From NCBI GenBank assembly GCA_949358305.1, contig OX442314.1:15438001-15502000 (forward strand): 64,000 nt of DNA. Reading direction: 5' to 3'. The DNA is from Strigamia acuminata. Its lineage: Eukaryota. Positions 12,003 through 25,600 of this stretch are shown one piece after another (the stretch's first letter is position 1; the number at the start of each line of letters is the position of its first letter). A program made the position numbers and the translations under genes. Below the pieces are notes generated by a model. It made no database searches. It was not told the DNA's origin and saw only the letters and a program-made list of their open reading frames with translations.

Positions 12003-13307
12003 ATGCAGGCTCACGCAAAGAATAGGGTGTGTTATTATTACAATAACGAGATTGGAAGTTATTATTTTGGAAAAAATCATCCGATGAAACCGAACCGAAT
12101 TCGACTGACGGACGACCTCGTGATCAATTACGATCTTTATCGAAGAATGGAAATTATTTGGCCACACCGTGCGACCCCGGAAGATATGATCAAATTTCAC
12201 AGCAAAGAATATATCAATTTTCTTCACAGTATTTGCCCAGCGAATGACATGTCTGTTTACGGTGCCCGAATGGAAAAATTTAGTCGAGGCAACGATTGTC
12301 CCGTGTTCCTCGGCTTGTTTGAGTATTGCCAGGAGACTACCGGGGGATCCGTTGCTGCCGCCGTAAAGTTGAACGAAAAATCCACGGACATCGCGATCAA
12401 TTGGTCCGGCGGTTTCCACCACGCCAAAAAATCGTACGCTTCGGGTTTTTGTTACGTAAACGACATAGTTTTAGCGATCTTGGAGCTGTTAAAACATAAT
12501 CAACGAGTCCTTTATATCGACATTGATGTCCACCATGGCGACGGCGTCGAAGAAGCGTTTTATGTAACCGATCGTGTCATGACCTGTTCGTTCCACAGGC
12601 ATGACGGCGATTTTTTCCCGGGAACTGGAGACATCAGAGACATCGGAGTCGGAACCGGCAAAAATTATTCTCTCAATTTCCCTTTACGAGAGGGAATTGA
12701 TGATGATTCATTCCAAGGAATTTTCTCGTCGGTTATTTCGAAAGTGATGGAATCTTATCAGCCAAACGTTGTCGTCTTACAAAGTGGCGCCGATTCTTTA
12801 ACCGGAGATCGACTCGGCTGTTTCAATCTAACAGTTAAAGGTCATGGCAAATGCCTCGCGTTTGTCAAGACCTTCAATTTGCCTTTGTTGGTGTTGGGCG
12901 GTGGGGGCTACAACACTGCCAACGTTGCTCGTTGCTGGGCCTACGAAACGGGGGTCGCGCTCGGTATCGATTTGGCGAATGAATTACCGTCTCATCAATT
13001 CATGGACTATTATGGTCCCAATTACAAACTTCACATCTCTCCTGATCCCGACATGAGAGATAAGAATAAGCCTACCTACTTAAATAGAACTACAGAAACA
13101 ATATTGGAAAATTTGCGAAGGTTGCCACACGCACCGAGCGTTCAAATGCAACCGATTCCCGACGCTGCCATCATTATCGACGATGGTAGTCCAGATGAAC
13201 GCGGTGCGAAACGAGCCAAAAACAAGAGAGTCGGGTGTGATGGCAGTGACGATGATTCGAAATCTCGTAGCAAGCGACAACGAACCTGCTATTACGAAAA
13301 TGAATAA
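12003..13307 (+). CDS. HDAC1: Class I histone deacetylase, HDAC1/Rpd3-like, intronless diverged paralog (434 aa)
   Basis: Single ORF with [68 protein letters not shown] and [10 protein letters not shown]. The catalytic His pair, Zn ligands and catalytic Tyr are all present. Confidence 0.93.
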   Translation: MQAHAKNRVCYYYNNEIGSYYFGKNHPMKPNRIRLTDDLVINYDLYRRMEIIWPHRATPEDMIKFHSKEYINFLHSICPANDMSVYGARMEKFSRGNDCPVFLGLFEYCQETTGGSVAAAVKLNEKSTDIAINWSGGFHHAKKSYASGFCYVNDIVLAILELLKHNQRVLYIDIDVHHGDGVEEAFYVTDRVMTCSFHRHDGDFFPGTGDIRDIGVGTGKNYSLNFPLREGIDDDSFQGIFSSVISKVMESYQPNVVVLQSGADSLTGDRLGCFNLTVKGHGKCLAFVKTFNLPLLVLGGGGYNTANVARCWAYETGVALGIDLANELPSHQFMDYYGPNYKLHISPDPDMRDKNKPTYLNRTTETILENLRRLPHAPSVQMQPIPDAAIIIDDGSPDERGAKRAKNKRVGCDGSDDDSKSRSKRQRTCYYENE

Positions 13308-13610
13308 TTCATCATGAAATAACGAAAAGCAAGAAGTAATGAATACTTGTAGCTTGAAATTAAATGCATTTTTGAAGACGACTTGACATGTCAATAAACT
13401 GATGATTACGAAGATCCACCTGTTGCTCACATTCGAGTTATTATTTCGGGTTTGTGTTCAATAGTTTTAAAATGTCATTCTTTTTTATTAAAAGTTTTGA
13501 GTATGAAGTACAATGAAAAATAAAACTGTACATTTTCCATTTTGAAGCAATTCGAAAATGTTAGAAATTGGGCAATATACATCATTTCAAGAGATCATCT
13601 TCGCAGTTAT

Positions 13611-16600
13611 TCAGTATAATTTCATGATTTTCATAGGACCAGAATCTGCAATCGAAAAAAAAGTCCAATCAAATCCACAACGAACAAGTAATAGAATTCT
13701 ACCTTTATGTTTGTACAAATTCATTCTATTCCTATCCATCTGCGAATAATCAACAACATCATCACCACGTAAACACATCTCTTCACTCCTTCTGGGAAAT
13801 ATAAATGTTGTTTCTGCTGTGTTGTACCGACTAAATTATCAAGCAGGTTCTTTAAGGACTGTTTATAATTCACAATATAGTTTTACCTGTTCCTATTTAA
13901 TGTGTGATGGGGATACCCAAGTGGGTGGGGTTCCCCCGGGTGTCTCGGATAACTATCTACTCTTCGCGTCCTATGATGAAACTGTGGTGACGCATCCTCC
14001 GAAGAACTTGAATCGGGGCCATGCTCCAATAAATCTGGAACTAAACATAATATTAGTCAATTATTCTAGGCACAAGTTGAAAAATGATGTACCTTCAGCT
14101 TCCGAATGAGAAATTTGGTGTCTTGGACACATGTGGACGGCTTGTTTTAAGTTCTCATTATATAAATTTTCTGCCGGCGGCTGTAAAATAATCAAATTAG
14201 ATCCTCAAACAGACGAGTTAGGAAAATATTATTACATATTTTGAATTGTAATTCAACTCTGTAGCGTTAGATGAGTATGCTGGTATGATTCCTTGAGAAG
14301 AATTTAAAATTTGAAACGTGGCATAAGGAGTTACATTCTCTTGAATTTCTGTAATTTTTTATTTTAATCTTTTCACAATCTTTTAAAAGAAAAGACTGTA
14401 AAATTGAAACCAATTCTTACTTGTGTCTTGTAGACTTCCATTTTCTATAGTTGGGACGGTTTCTGTATATGTTTTCTTTTTCAATGTATCCGGATTAACC
14501 GATTGATATTTGGGATTAATTTTATCTAATAATTATAGAACACGGGTTAGAAATTGTTCAACAGTATTAACACGAGAGTCATACAACCTGCAGTATTCCC
14601 ACTTTCCATTTTTCTCCTTTTCAGACAGATACATACTACAGATATAAAGGCTGCCATTAAAAGTAAGGATGCCACAACTGGAATCATAACGGAGAGATCC
14701 AAAAACGAAAGAGTTCCTTCCTCTTCCTGCATTGAGATCTCTCTGTGCCTTCGGTTGTCTGCCCACAAAAAGACAAAAAACAAAATTAATTCAAATTAAT
14801 TCGAAATGCCAAGTCTTTGTAACATTTCCAATGAGGCTTTAAAACTCGCATTCAGCTAATTCGTGACAGTAAAGTAGTTTATTGGAAATATTACTTCATT
14901 TCGCCGTGCTGTTACCATCAGTTTCTTCTATTAGCGTCATAAAGTCGTACTGTGCAAAATTTGATCCCGCACTACTATGAGCAGTCACTCGAAGTTGATA
15001 AGCGTCTGCAGGTGCTAAATCCGTAATGACGAATCTCTTGTTATCGGGTTTTACGTTATTCGAAACTAATGTCCAGTCTGATGTTTCTTTTCTTTTATAC
15101 TCCACAACAAAGTAAAGAATTGGACATCCGCCGTCGAACCAAGAATCCAAATTTAGAATAATAAATGTGGAATTGGTTATTATGAGTTTATCTTTGGACG
15201 GAGTTTTAGGAGCTGAAATTATTCACGATTATTAAAAAAACAACTTTTTAAATGGCACGTGAATTGCATTATCATCTACCATCGCCTTTAGTCTTGGCAG
15301 TGATTATGTCCGAAGCTTGTCCTCGTCCTATTCTATTTACTGGGGTAACGTATACTTGATACCGAGTACCGCAAGTGAGGCCTTGTAAAGTATGTGTGTA
15401 AACTGATGGCTGAAGATTTAGTTCTGACCACTGTCCGTAATCTTGGCGAAAACTGAGAATGTAGTCTGGAAACAAAAATAAATAAATAACAAAGCTATAA
15501 ATGAATGGTCGATAGAATTATTACGAATGTCGTTCAAGCGCATTTCATCCGACGGTCTGGTCCATGATAAATGAATTGATTTCATTGTTGTTGATACAAT
15601 TGATACGATCGGCGCTTCAGGAGGAACTGTAAAAAGAAATTTTGTCATAAATCGTAGATAATTCAGAATTAATTGTACTAATTATACCTTCTACAACGAC
15701 CATGTGGGTAATATTATCACTATTCAAACTATTTTGTACCGTACAAGTATAATTTCCAGCATCATTACTTTGTATGCCTTTAATAATTAATTTTCCATCG
15801 GCTGACGCATGGACTTTATTCGACGTTTGTACACTTTCCCCTCTAAAAATATAAAAACAAACCAAAATTAACGAATTAATTAAACGGTATTGATTTACTT
15901 ACAAAAAAAGCCATCTAACAGTAGCTGCTGGTGTTCCAATAAAATCGCAAGGTAATTCCAATTTTTGTTTCCAAGAAACAACAACATGGTTTCCAAACGA
16001 CGCTATTCTTGCTGAAACTAAATTTGAAATGCGTTAAAGTTTTTACAAGAGTAAAATTAGCTGTAAATAACTCACCTAGAGGTCCAGAGGTAGTCTGTGT
16101 CATCACTCTGGTACTCTCCCCCTCTCCAATGACTGTTGAAGCCGTCACCCAAAACTCGTATCTTCTGTTTTTGCTCAATCCCTTTGACTCGTACCTCAAC
16201 ATTGAGCCGGGTACACTGACTTTAGTGGTTTCCTGTAATTCAAAAAAGGTATAATATTCATTCGGGGGCTCCATATTATAAGCTTATACATTCATACTAA
16301 CCACGAACTCACCTCCCTTCCACTGTCTGTCAATCGGACATAAACCGTATATTTAAGTATATTTCCATTGGGTTTTACTGGCGGCAACCAAGAAACCAGA
16401 ATACCATCCAAGGACATCGTTAACGCCTTTATGTCTGCAGGTGGCCCAGGAACTAAAAGTAAAGTGGGTTTTTCTTCTATGAGAATGAATGCATTTCAAT
16501 TCGAGCAACTTGCCATCTTCCAAAGTGGAACAGAAAACAGGTTCACTTCTAACTCCGTCTCCAACGTGTGTAAACGCCAGGAGGTGAACGCTGTAATTGG

Positions 16601-19600
16601 TGTGTTTCTCCAAACCATGCAGCATTGTTTTCAATGCGGGTGTGATTTTAGTTTCAAACACTGAACCACCGCGTGATGCTGCAATACAACAAACCGTATA
16701 CCTATGCACTTGATTATTAATATACTCCATTAAAAAAGTAGCATTTAATACACATTCGAAAATAATTATTAAAAAAAATGATGCATCTATGGACAAGACA
16801 TTACAACTAATATGTGTCTAAGACATGAGCCTATAGTTTACCCACCATACCATTCTCTCATGGGCTTGTACAGCACTTTGTATCCTTGAAGAAGGCCATT
16901 GATATCATGTGCAGGTGGGGAATCCCACTGGATATGCAAGGATTGGGAAGACACGGCGGAACATTTGACATTACCAGGAGACGAGCTAGGAACTGCAATC
17001 AAAGAAATTGTTGAAACAATGAATATTAGAAGTAGAAGTAGAATTCTACCATCTTCAATTGTCATTGCGACCACTTCTTCAGAATTAGGTCCAATGCCAT
17101 GGTCATTAAACGCTTGCACAACAATGCTGTATTTGGTAAATTTTTTGAGTTTCTCCAACGTGAGCATTAGATTTACTGGAGATCCCACATTTCCATCCGA
17201 TAACGTACGAAAGTTGTACGGCTCTGAGTAATTGTAGAGTTTGTGTCCCACGTGATAACCAAGTATTTCGCCATTCCAATGCTCCTGTTTCGGCGGCTGC
17301 AAACACCACGATTTATTCGCCAAAATATTTTTCTGAAAAACAAGGTTACCCACCTTCCACGTGATCCTTAAAGTTTGCGAATTCATTGCCTCGACTCGAA
17401 CATCTTTCGGAGGTCCACTGGGAGCTTTAAATTAAAAACATCAAGAGTGTTTTTCAAGCGGAGCACGCGAATTAGTCTGCAATTTACCTTCTTCCCCGGT
17501 TGTGGTAGAAACTAATACACTAGATTCGCTCATTCCTAATTCATTCGTAGCGAATACTCGAAAGCAGTATTTTGTAGCTGGCTTTAAATCTTTAATAGTG
17601 ACTCGCATCTGAGTACTGGGAATTGTCAAATTAAAAACATGCGAAGACCAATCAATTCCTAAACAAAATAAATTGAACACACATCCAATCAGCAATCCCC
17701 ATTTCCGGTGTAAATATTTGATTTCACTTACCCGAAGTGAATTGCACCAAATAACCCGTTACTGGAATATTTCCATCAAATGGTCGACTCCAAGATAGGT
17801 GCACCGCTCGACTTCCTTCCTCTACCAGATGAATATTATTCGGTGGTTCTGGAAGTTCTATAATGTTTGCAAAAAAAGTGTTTGAATTGTGGTGCAGTGA
17901 AGTGTGTGCGCACATCTTCAACATACCCTGGACGATCAGTAATACTGATGCTTCATCCTCGCCAAATTGGTTTTTTGCTTTGCATTTATACATTGTGCTA
18001 TCTTTACGGACTACATTCATTATCTTCAATACGGACGTCATTCCGACATCAGATTTTAACTCCTGGGCTGAAAACCTGTAGATTGTAAATTGTTGATACC
18101 GCAAACTCATTTTAAACGCAAGCAGGAAACCTTTCATCAGTGCTAATGGCATGTTTACTCGAAGACCAAGTCACTTGAATTGGCAGATCTCCATGGACGT
18201 TGCATTTTAACTTTGCTTCTTCTCCCATTTTAACCGATTCGTTCTTAAGTTTAACGTCTATTTTGGCAGGAACTAAAACCAAAAGTATTTCATTTAAAAT
18301 TCAAAAAACTTTTAATAAAATAAGTTTTAGATTTTTGCAACATTTCTTCGTCTTTTTCTTTTTCAAAAAAAGGAAAGAGGAAAAAAAAAGGCAGAGAAGA
18401 TTGAAAAACATATTTCAATAGGAAAAAAAAGTATGTATGTATGTGCAGATTTATAACATCTTTACATTTCCTATAAGCAAGTTTGGGCATAAAGTCTGAG
18501 CCAGCAGAAAAGATGGATCAACACTTTCTTTTCATTTCCACTTACCGTGGACGTTGAGAAAGACAACTTTGCTGAGACCAGCACCAACGTTGTTGGTGGC
18601 TTTGCACATGTAGTAGCCTTCATCGTACTCGAGGGCAGAAGGAATTCTCAACGAACCCTGATGGGAAAGACTGGTTGCACTCAATTCCACAAAATCACCA
18701 GACGACACATCTGGCAAATGCAAAAAAAAATTTCAAAGTAAAATTACAAACATCTGCAACCTATTCATTCGTGCTCGCCCTCATTTCCCCGTCCCCTATC
18801 AATACTTTCCCATCGTTATTACTCTATGTAGAACACGTGATGATCGACTTTAAAAGGAAAAACGACGAATACTCTTATCTTTATGTCTTTCCCACTAAAA
18901 CTCGCATCTCAAACCAAAGCCGGAAAATTAGGTTTATTCTTAATAAGAACAACTTTAGAGTCAAACGAAATTAACTTTGAAGCAACGGAAAGAGCTAATA
19001 AAACCTTTAGCAACATTTTTCTAAATCCCAACTTTATTCCCTAATAGATGCAAGCACATGACACATCCATGCACAAGTTCATCAATTACTACATCAGTAC
19101 GCGCTAAATTAACTCCTCTCTCTCTCGATGCGCCCGTCAGATTAAAGCGGACAAGGAAGGTCACTTTGTTTACACGACCAAGAAACAAAGGGCGATTTGC
19201 AGCCCCTTAGCTCCAAACAAGATGTGCTATTAAACAGTAATCTACGTGAAATTTTATTACCAACTTTTCCTCTTACCAAGGGATTTGAACCACGAGATCA
19301 ACGGCGGTGGATGACCTTCTGCTTGACATTCAATCTGTACAGCACTACCCAAGGCGGTACTGGTGTCCACGGGTTCAACCTGCCATCTAGGAGGTACTAA
19401 AAGCAAATAAAGCAAAATAAAAACCTTTGCACACTCATGCCTGCAAGGAAAGAAAGAAAGAAACATCAATCAACAAACGTACCTTTCACGATGAGCAATG
19501 CCGTGTGGTTTACAGTGGCTGCTGCATTGCTAGCACTGCATGTGTAGTTGCCACTATGATGCGCCATAACTCGTTCTATAACCAACGTACTAGCGTAGTT

Positions 19601-22600
19601 ATCGATCGTCTGAGTGCTCACGTCCGATTTCGGTTGAACCAACGTGTTGTCTTTGTACCATTTGATGTTTAACGGCAGATCGCCTTGACTCAAACTGCAA
19701 AAAACAGAAGCTCGAATTCCTTCGTAGGTTTGATCCTCTTGGAATGAAAAAGGCATGATTTTCGGAGGAACTGAAACATAACAAAACAACTTTCATTATT
19801 TTTCTCCGAAACTAACTCGTATTTTTACCTAAAACAGCGACTTCAAAATCACGTCTGGCAGTATTTCCTTGCTTATTACTCGCAACGCACGTATACTTCC
19901 CTGCATCAGGATTTCTTTGAACATTCTGCACGAGGATGGTGCCATTATGAAAAGATTTCTGGCGATGGTTGACTGGAAGTCGAGAACCATCTGAAAAGAA
20001 ACCAAGCCCCGAATTAGGCATGAGTGGTGGTCATGTCGAATATTGCACCTCATTACTATAGGGGCCATCTCTTACGCCACATCGCCTCCAAATTCTCACA
20101 TTTTGTCTATTTCATTCTCAACTAGCTCTGACAAGATGAAATTCTATCTTGACAGCTCGTTTTCTTTCCACCTCTCACTTTTTCATTCGCCACTAAACTG
20201 AGTGTGAAACTGAATCCGGCGCTTCATCCTCCCCCACTTCCTCCCTTCAGCTAGCTTTTGCCTTCCCAAAAAATCGTGAAGCACCACCGCCACACCACAC
20301 AAAGTAGGAAATCACACTTTCTCCCCCACCCCCCACCTCCTTCCAAAAACATTGCAACACACGAGAAAGAGAATGCTTTGTCACGCTCCATTTGCTTCGT
20401 GTAAGTGTGATGGACGTCACCAGCCCAGCCATCCAATGTACTGACTGGGAATTGGGCTCAAGCCCGATAGGGATAAAATTACAGCCGCATAAAAGACTAG
20501 TGCAGCAGTACAATTTCGTCCTCGACGAAAAATTCGCTCTTGATATGCCATCAAAGCAGAAGAAGATCCTGCGAAAGACGCTTCACTCAACTGAATGTTG
20601 CAATATTTTGATTAACAACTCCCGACTTGACGCTCAACAAATGTCCCTTTGTCCAATCGAAAACTTGACAGTGCAAGTTATCAAAAAGCTGAAATGTTGG
20701 TTGAGTTGAGTTGAGTGCACGCTGCATCTCGGCAATCAGATTGGAAAATGGACGCAGAAGACAAGGAGAAAATGCCAGTCCTTGTTATCCTAAGGGGGAG
20801 GAGAAAAGTCTGGTAATGCACAAACCTAGTTCGCTCATCAATTATTACTGCTATTTATTTATACCCGCGCTTCCAAACCCAAAATCTAAAATGCAGTCGT
20901 CACAGAAAACTTAGAATTCTCGACGCAAATCATCCATTTATAATAGCAGTTCTCCTTCACTTATTCCATATCGATTGATTGCCACGGCTGCGAGTTGTCT
21001 TTAAAAGCTGACCAACCGTTCTCCCTAGGCTTTCGCAAACTCTGATTTACAATTACCATTGATAACTAACTCCACATGCCTCCATTCTCTACGTGCCATT
21101 TGTGTGTGAACGCCGTAGGTTTGTTTCCGTTCTGTTGCTGAGATAATGGGACGACTGTGAATCCAGTGCGCAGTGTCCATTAGACATAATAAGGCCCTTG
21201 ATGGTCAGCCGAGGACCATTGGCTCTTGTTTACGATTCAGTATAAACCATATCATAGGTCCCAGCAGGCAGACAAGCAAGCTTAGTTTGCATCTTGTCAT
21301 TCAAACATCCGTTTAATCCGTATTCATACTCTCTTTCTCGTGGGAGTTGACAAACTACAATGGGACTCCATTTTCAGAATTATTTAGCGTGCGCCAAATG
21401 GCAAACACATTTTTAAAAATAGAAAGAAAGAAAGAAAAGCACGCTGCTTTTAAATCAATTTAATGCTTATTGTTAAACTACTACTATGGCGAATTTACAT
21501 TTGAAAAGCGTTGATGAATGTTTAATAAAAAGATTTTAATCTTACCAATTTCCCAATAAATTGCATCAATGGGATGTCCGGAAACGGGGCATCTCATCCG
21601 TAGATCTTCTCCGGCAACAACCGTTATTTTGGGCATTGATCGAATGTAAGGATTACCTGTGAACAGACGGAAGACGAGAGGCAATGAGAAAATGTCAATG
21701 AAAAGGAATTGAGTGTGGAAACTGAAGACCTCTCTTCACAGAATCACATCTAGTGCGACTAGACAGCCAGATGGAGTGAAAATTAGATTCGACCACCAAA
21801 AAAAGTTAATTGAAACTGCAGTGATGGATTCCAAGTGAATTACTGCTTGCCAGATATGGCTCATGGAGGCGAGAATGCGAGGGAAGTGAGAACTGATAGC
21901 CAATTCTTAGAGAAGGTTTAAAATTGAGAAAGAAGAAGAAGAAAAAAAAGCAAAAGAAACTTTATAAAAATTACAAATCAATGGTGTCAAGCTAGCTAAA
22001 CTTGGATTGAGTTTAAAGCTTCTAACAGTCCTGTAATTATCTTGTTTGGATGGTCAAGATTTATATACTTCAGTTTGTGGTTACCGAGACAGCGACCACA
22101 ATTACGAAGAAATTCAATTGCGTCAAGAAAACTTACAAGGGGAGGGCACCAATAAGCTATCACAGATTGTTGTAATATTAAACAAGAAGGATTGTTATAT
22201 CATGCTGAATGAGACCCTAAAATAATTTCATTCCATAAACAGCCAACAATGCAAACAATGAGCTGAAAGTTGGCACTATTTTGTCTGTGTATACATCAAA
22301 TCTGAGCAATCAGGCCTAGTGTATGAATACTGTAAACAACAGTTGCTAGGTAAAAAATAGTTCCAAGATCCAAGTTCAATTTTATCATTTGAGATTCAAT
22401 GATGTCATTTCCTCTTTTGATATCACATGACATATGACATCAGAACTTTGTTCAACAACATGACTGTCTTCATGAAGACAATAATAGTTTGTAGTGGTGG
22501 TCCAGTGGTTAAGGCAATGGACTAGCTATCTTTCCACACAGGTTCAAATCCTGTTGTGTGTGAAAATTTTTACATTCATTTTTTGTTAAATTTTAGCAGT

Positions 22601-25600
22601 TATTTTAATGTTTGTAATTTTATATTTGTTAAAAAATTAAAATTAATCAAATTAAAATTTTCTGAAAACAAATATAAAATTACAAACATTAAAATAACTG
22701 CTAAAATTTAACAAAAATAAATGTAAAAATTTTCACACTCAACAGGATTTGAACCTGTGTGGAAAGATACCTAGTCCATTGCTTTAACCACTGGACCACC
22801 ACTACAAACTATTATTGTCTTCATGAAGACAGTCATGTTGTTGAACAAAGTTCTGATGTCATATGTCATGTGATATCAAAAGAGGAAATGACATCATTGA
22901 ATCTCAAATGATAAAATTGAACTTAGATCTTGGAACTATTTTTTACCTAGCAACTGTTGTTTACAGTATTCATACACTAGGCCTGATTGCTCAGATTTGA
23001 TGTATACACAGACAAAATAGTGCCAACTTTCAGCTCATTGTTTGCATTGTTGGCTGTTTATGGAATGAAATTATTTTAGGGTCTCATTCAGCATGATATA
23101 ACAATCCTTCTTGTTTAATATTACAACAATCTGTGATAGCTTATTGGTGCCCTCCCCTTGTTAGAAAGAACCGCAGGTTAAACTTTGTCGACTACTTTTC
23201 ATGTTTATTTAAATGTGTGCGGGTTTGTCTCTAGGACGCGCTTTTAAACGCACCTAATTAAATTTCCACACGCGTAAAATAAAAAGAGATTTAATCCATT
23301 CCAAAGTAAATCCAAATACCGAAAAAAAGAATAAAAATTTTATGCCTTTTTACTGCAACCTAGTGTTATCTTTACAGCTTTTCACGAGTTTCTAAGTCGT
23401 TCTAACCCTTTTATATTGGATCAGTTTGGCTTAAAAAGCACGGAGTAAGCACAGCCATGAATGACAGTGGATTGAATTATCTCTCTCATTCCACTTGATG
23501 GAAGTACAAGTCTTGGAAATAAGAGTCGCGAAAGAGCAACTATCACCTGTACTAACATTTCCGCCTCATCCTAAATACACTTCGCGCTTCAAAGCACTCA
23601 ACATACGCGTTACCAAAAAACGTCTAATAAAATTACACAAGCTGCCATCCAAGTTGGACTCGCCTGTTTCCACTGATATGCAGTGATGATGAAAGGTTTG
23701 ATTGATTTCATCAAGTGAGCTTTCCACTACATTTCACCACACAAAATGCGATTTTAAAAACCTCGTCTCGACATTTTTACTACTTGTTTTTATTTTCTAC
23801 ATACGCGTTGTTTTTCGTCATGGTTTAAAGTCGATACGCAATGCTGGACAACATTTTAGTTTTTTTCTTCTAAAGAAGGGAATAATAAATTCACATCACG
23901 TAGCTTGGACAAAAATATCCACAAATTATAAAGTCGTGACACCACTACAAATAATAATGTTGCTGCATATTTGCCCAACCAGCCCTAATTTAGATTTAAA
24001 GTAGCCCTTAGTTTTGCTGATAAAAACATTAATAAACACACCGCTATGCAGATGGAGCAATATATATTCAATACTGGCATACATTAAACTACTAGTTAGG
24101 CCGAAATTGCACACCAGTAAACGTATAAGTCAAAAATAATAATAAATTTACAATGACCACCAAATATAGCCCAAATGGAGAAGACAATTTATTTTCCATC
24201 TCAATAAATTAAAACTTTTAATTAAATGTTTATGTGAAAACTGGCGTTGTTAGAAGTAACAAGGTCGCACGAGTTCGAGGGAAAGAGCACGGCGCAGCAC
24301 AGAGAAGCCAACCTGCAGGAGGTGTTTTTGAGTGATATTGGATGACGCGTGACCGGAAGTGCTGTAAAAGTGTCATAAATTATCTTGTTTCACCCTTTGT
24401 TCCCCTGAATTTGTACTTGTGACCCCCAGAAATTACAATAAACTTGTTCTTAACCCAAAAAAGACATGCTTTATTTCGAGAATTCATAAAAGTTAGAAAA
24501 GTAGTAAATTTACACAGTTTTAGTCAAAATTAGTTACAAATCGACTTTGCGAATCTTCAAATGGTGCCGAAACCCGGGAAAATCAGTGAATCCGGACAGA
24601 AATAAGTAGAAAACAGCATCGTAAAGCCGACCACGCCGAATTTTGACCGAAAATTTCAAGATGGACGCCCTTGATCGTTTGCGCGCTCAACAAGCCACGT
24701 CCAGAGAAGGAGCCAAGCGGTTATGTAATGCGGTACTCGTCGAATTAGCCAACGTTGCTCCAGAAATCCTCGCGTTGAAACGATTAAAAAACCAGTTGTT
24801 AGCAAAGAGTGAACAATTGACAGCGCTCGACGATAAGATATCGCCGATGATTGTTACGCGTGCGGATTTGGAGAAAGAAGAAAGCGACAACGAAGATTTC
24901 CGTGAGTTGATAATCGACTCTCTTACCGATATTGAAGTCAAATTGGAAGAACTTTTACGGCCACCAGCACCAGTTATACCCCCAGCGATTCCAATCGGCG
25001 GCAGCGCCACGAGCAACTCAGGCGAAGGGACAATAAAGCTGCCAAAGTTAGTAATGCGGAATTTCAGCGGGAATCCTGTTGAGTGGTCAAAGTTTTGGTC
25101 CAATTTCGAGTTGAGTGTCCACGGCAACGGTTCACTTACAGCAAAAGCCAAATTCGTATATTTGAACTCAGTTCTCGAAGGTACTGCAGCAACAGTTGTT
25201 CATGGTCTCAAAATCAGCGATGAGAACTATGAAACTGCAGTGACTTTACTTCAAAATCGATTTGGGCGAAAAGAAGTCATCGTGAACGCTCACATTCAGA
25301 CTTTGATGAAACTTAAACCAGTAAAACGAGTTAGCGACCTCGTTGAGTTGCGTAGACTCTACGACACGTGCGAATTGCATATTCGAAGTCTCGAGACTGA
25401 AGAAATCGATACAGCCACGTTTGGAATTGTATTGTGTCCATTGATACGAAATGCGGTGCCTGACGTTATTGCACTTGATTTTGCACGCAAAAATAAAGAA
25501 AACACTCACGATATGAAACTGTTTTTGGAGTTTTTCAGAGCCGAACTGGAGTTACGAGAAGAACACGTAGCCGTGAGCGACCAGACAGAGAAACCAGCCG

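Larger units (their letters stand above)
22136..23160. mobile_element. Palindromic foldback/MITE element (~495-bp inverted arms, ~36-bp AT spacer, TTA target duplication; PIF/Harbinger-like TSD)
   Basis: CAAGGGGAGGGCACCAATAAG...CTTATTGGTGCCCTCCCCTTG. Arms 22136-22630 and ~22667-23160 differ at about 5 substitutions and 1 indel. Flanked by TTA at 22133-22135 and 23161-23163. Confidence 0.9.

Noticed and set aside
22491..22805. Two functional tRNA-Ser genes
   Set aside because: The acceptor stem cannot pair and the anticodon/variable arm is partly deleted; treated as tRNA-derived sequence.
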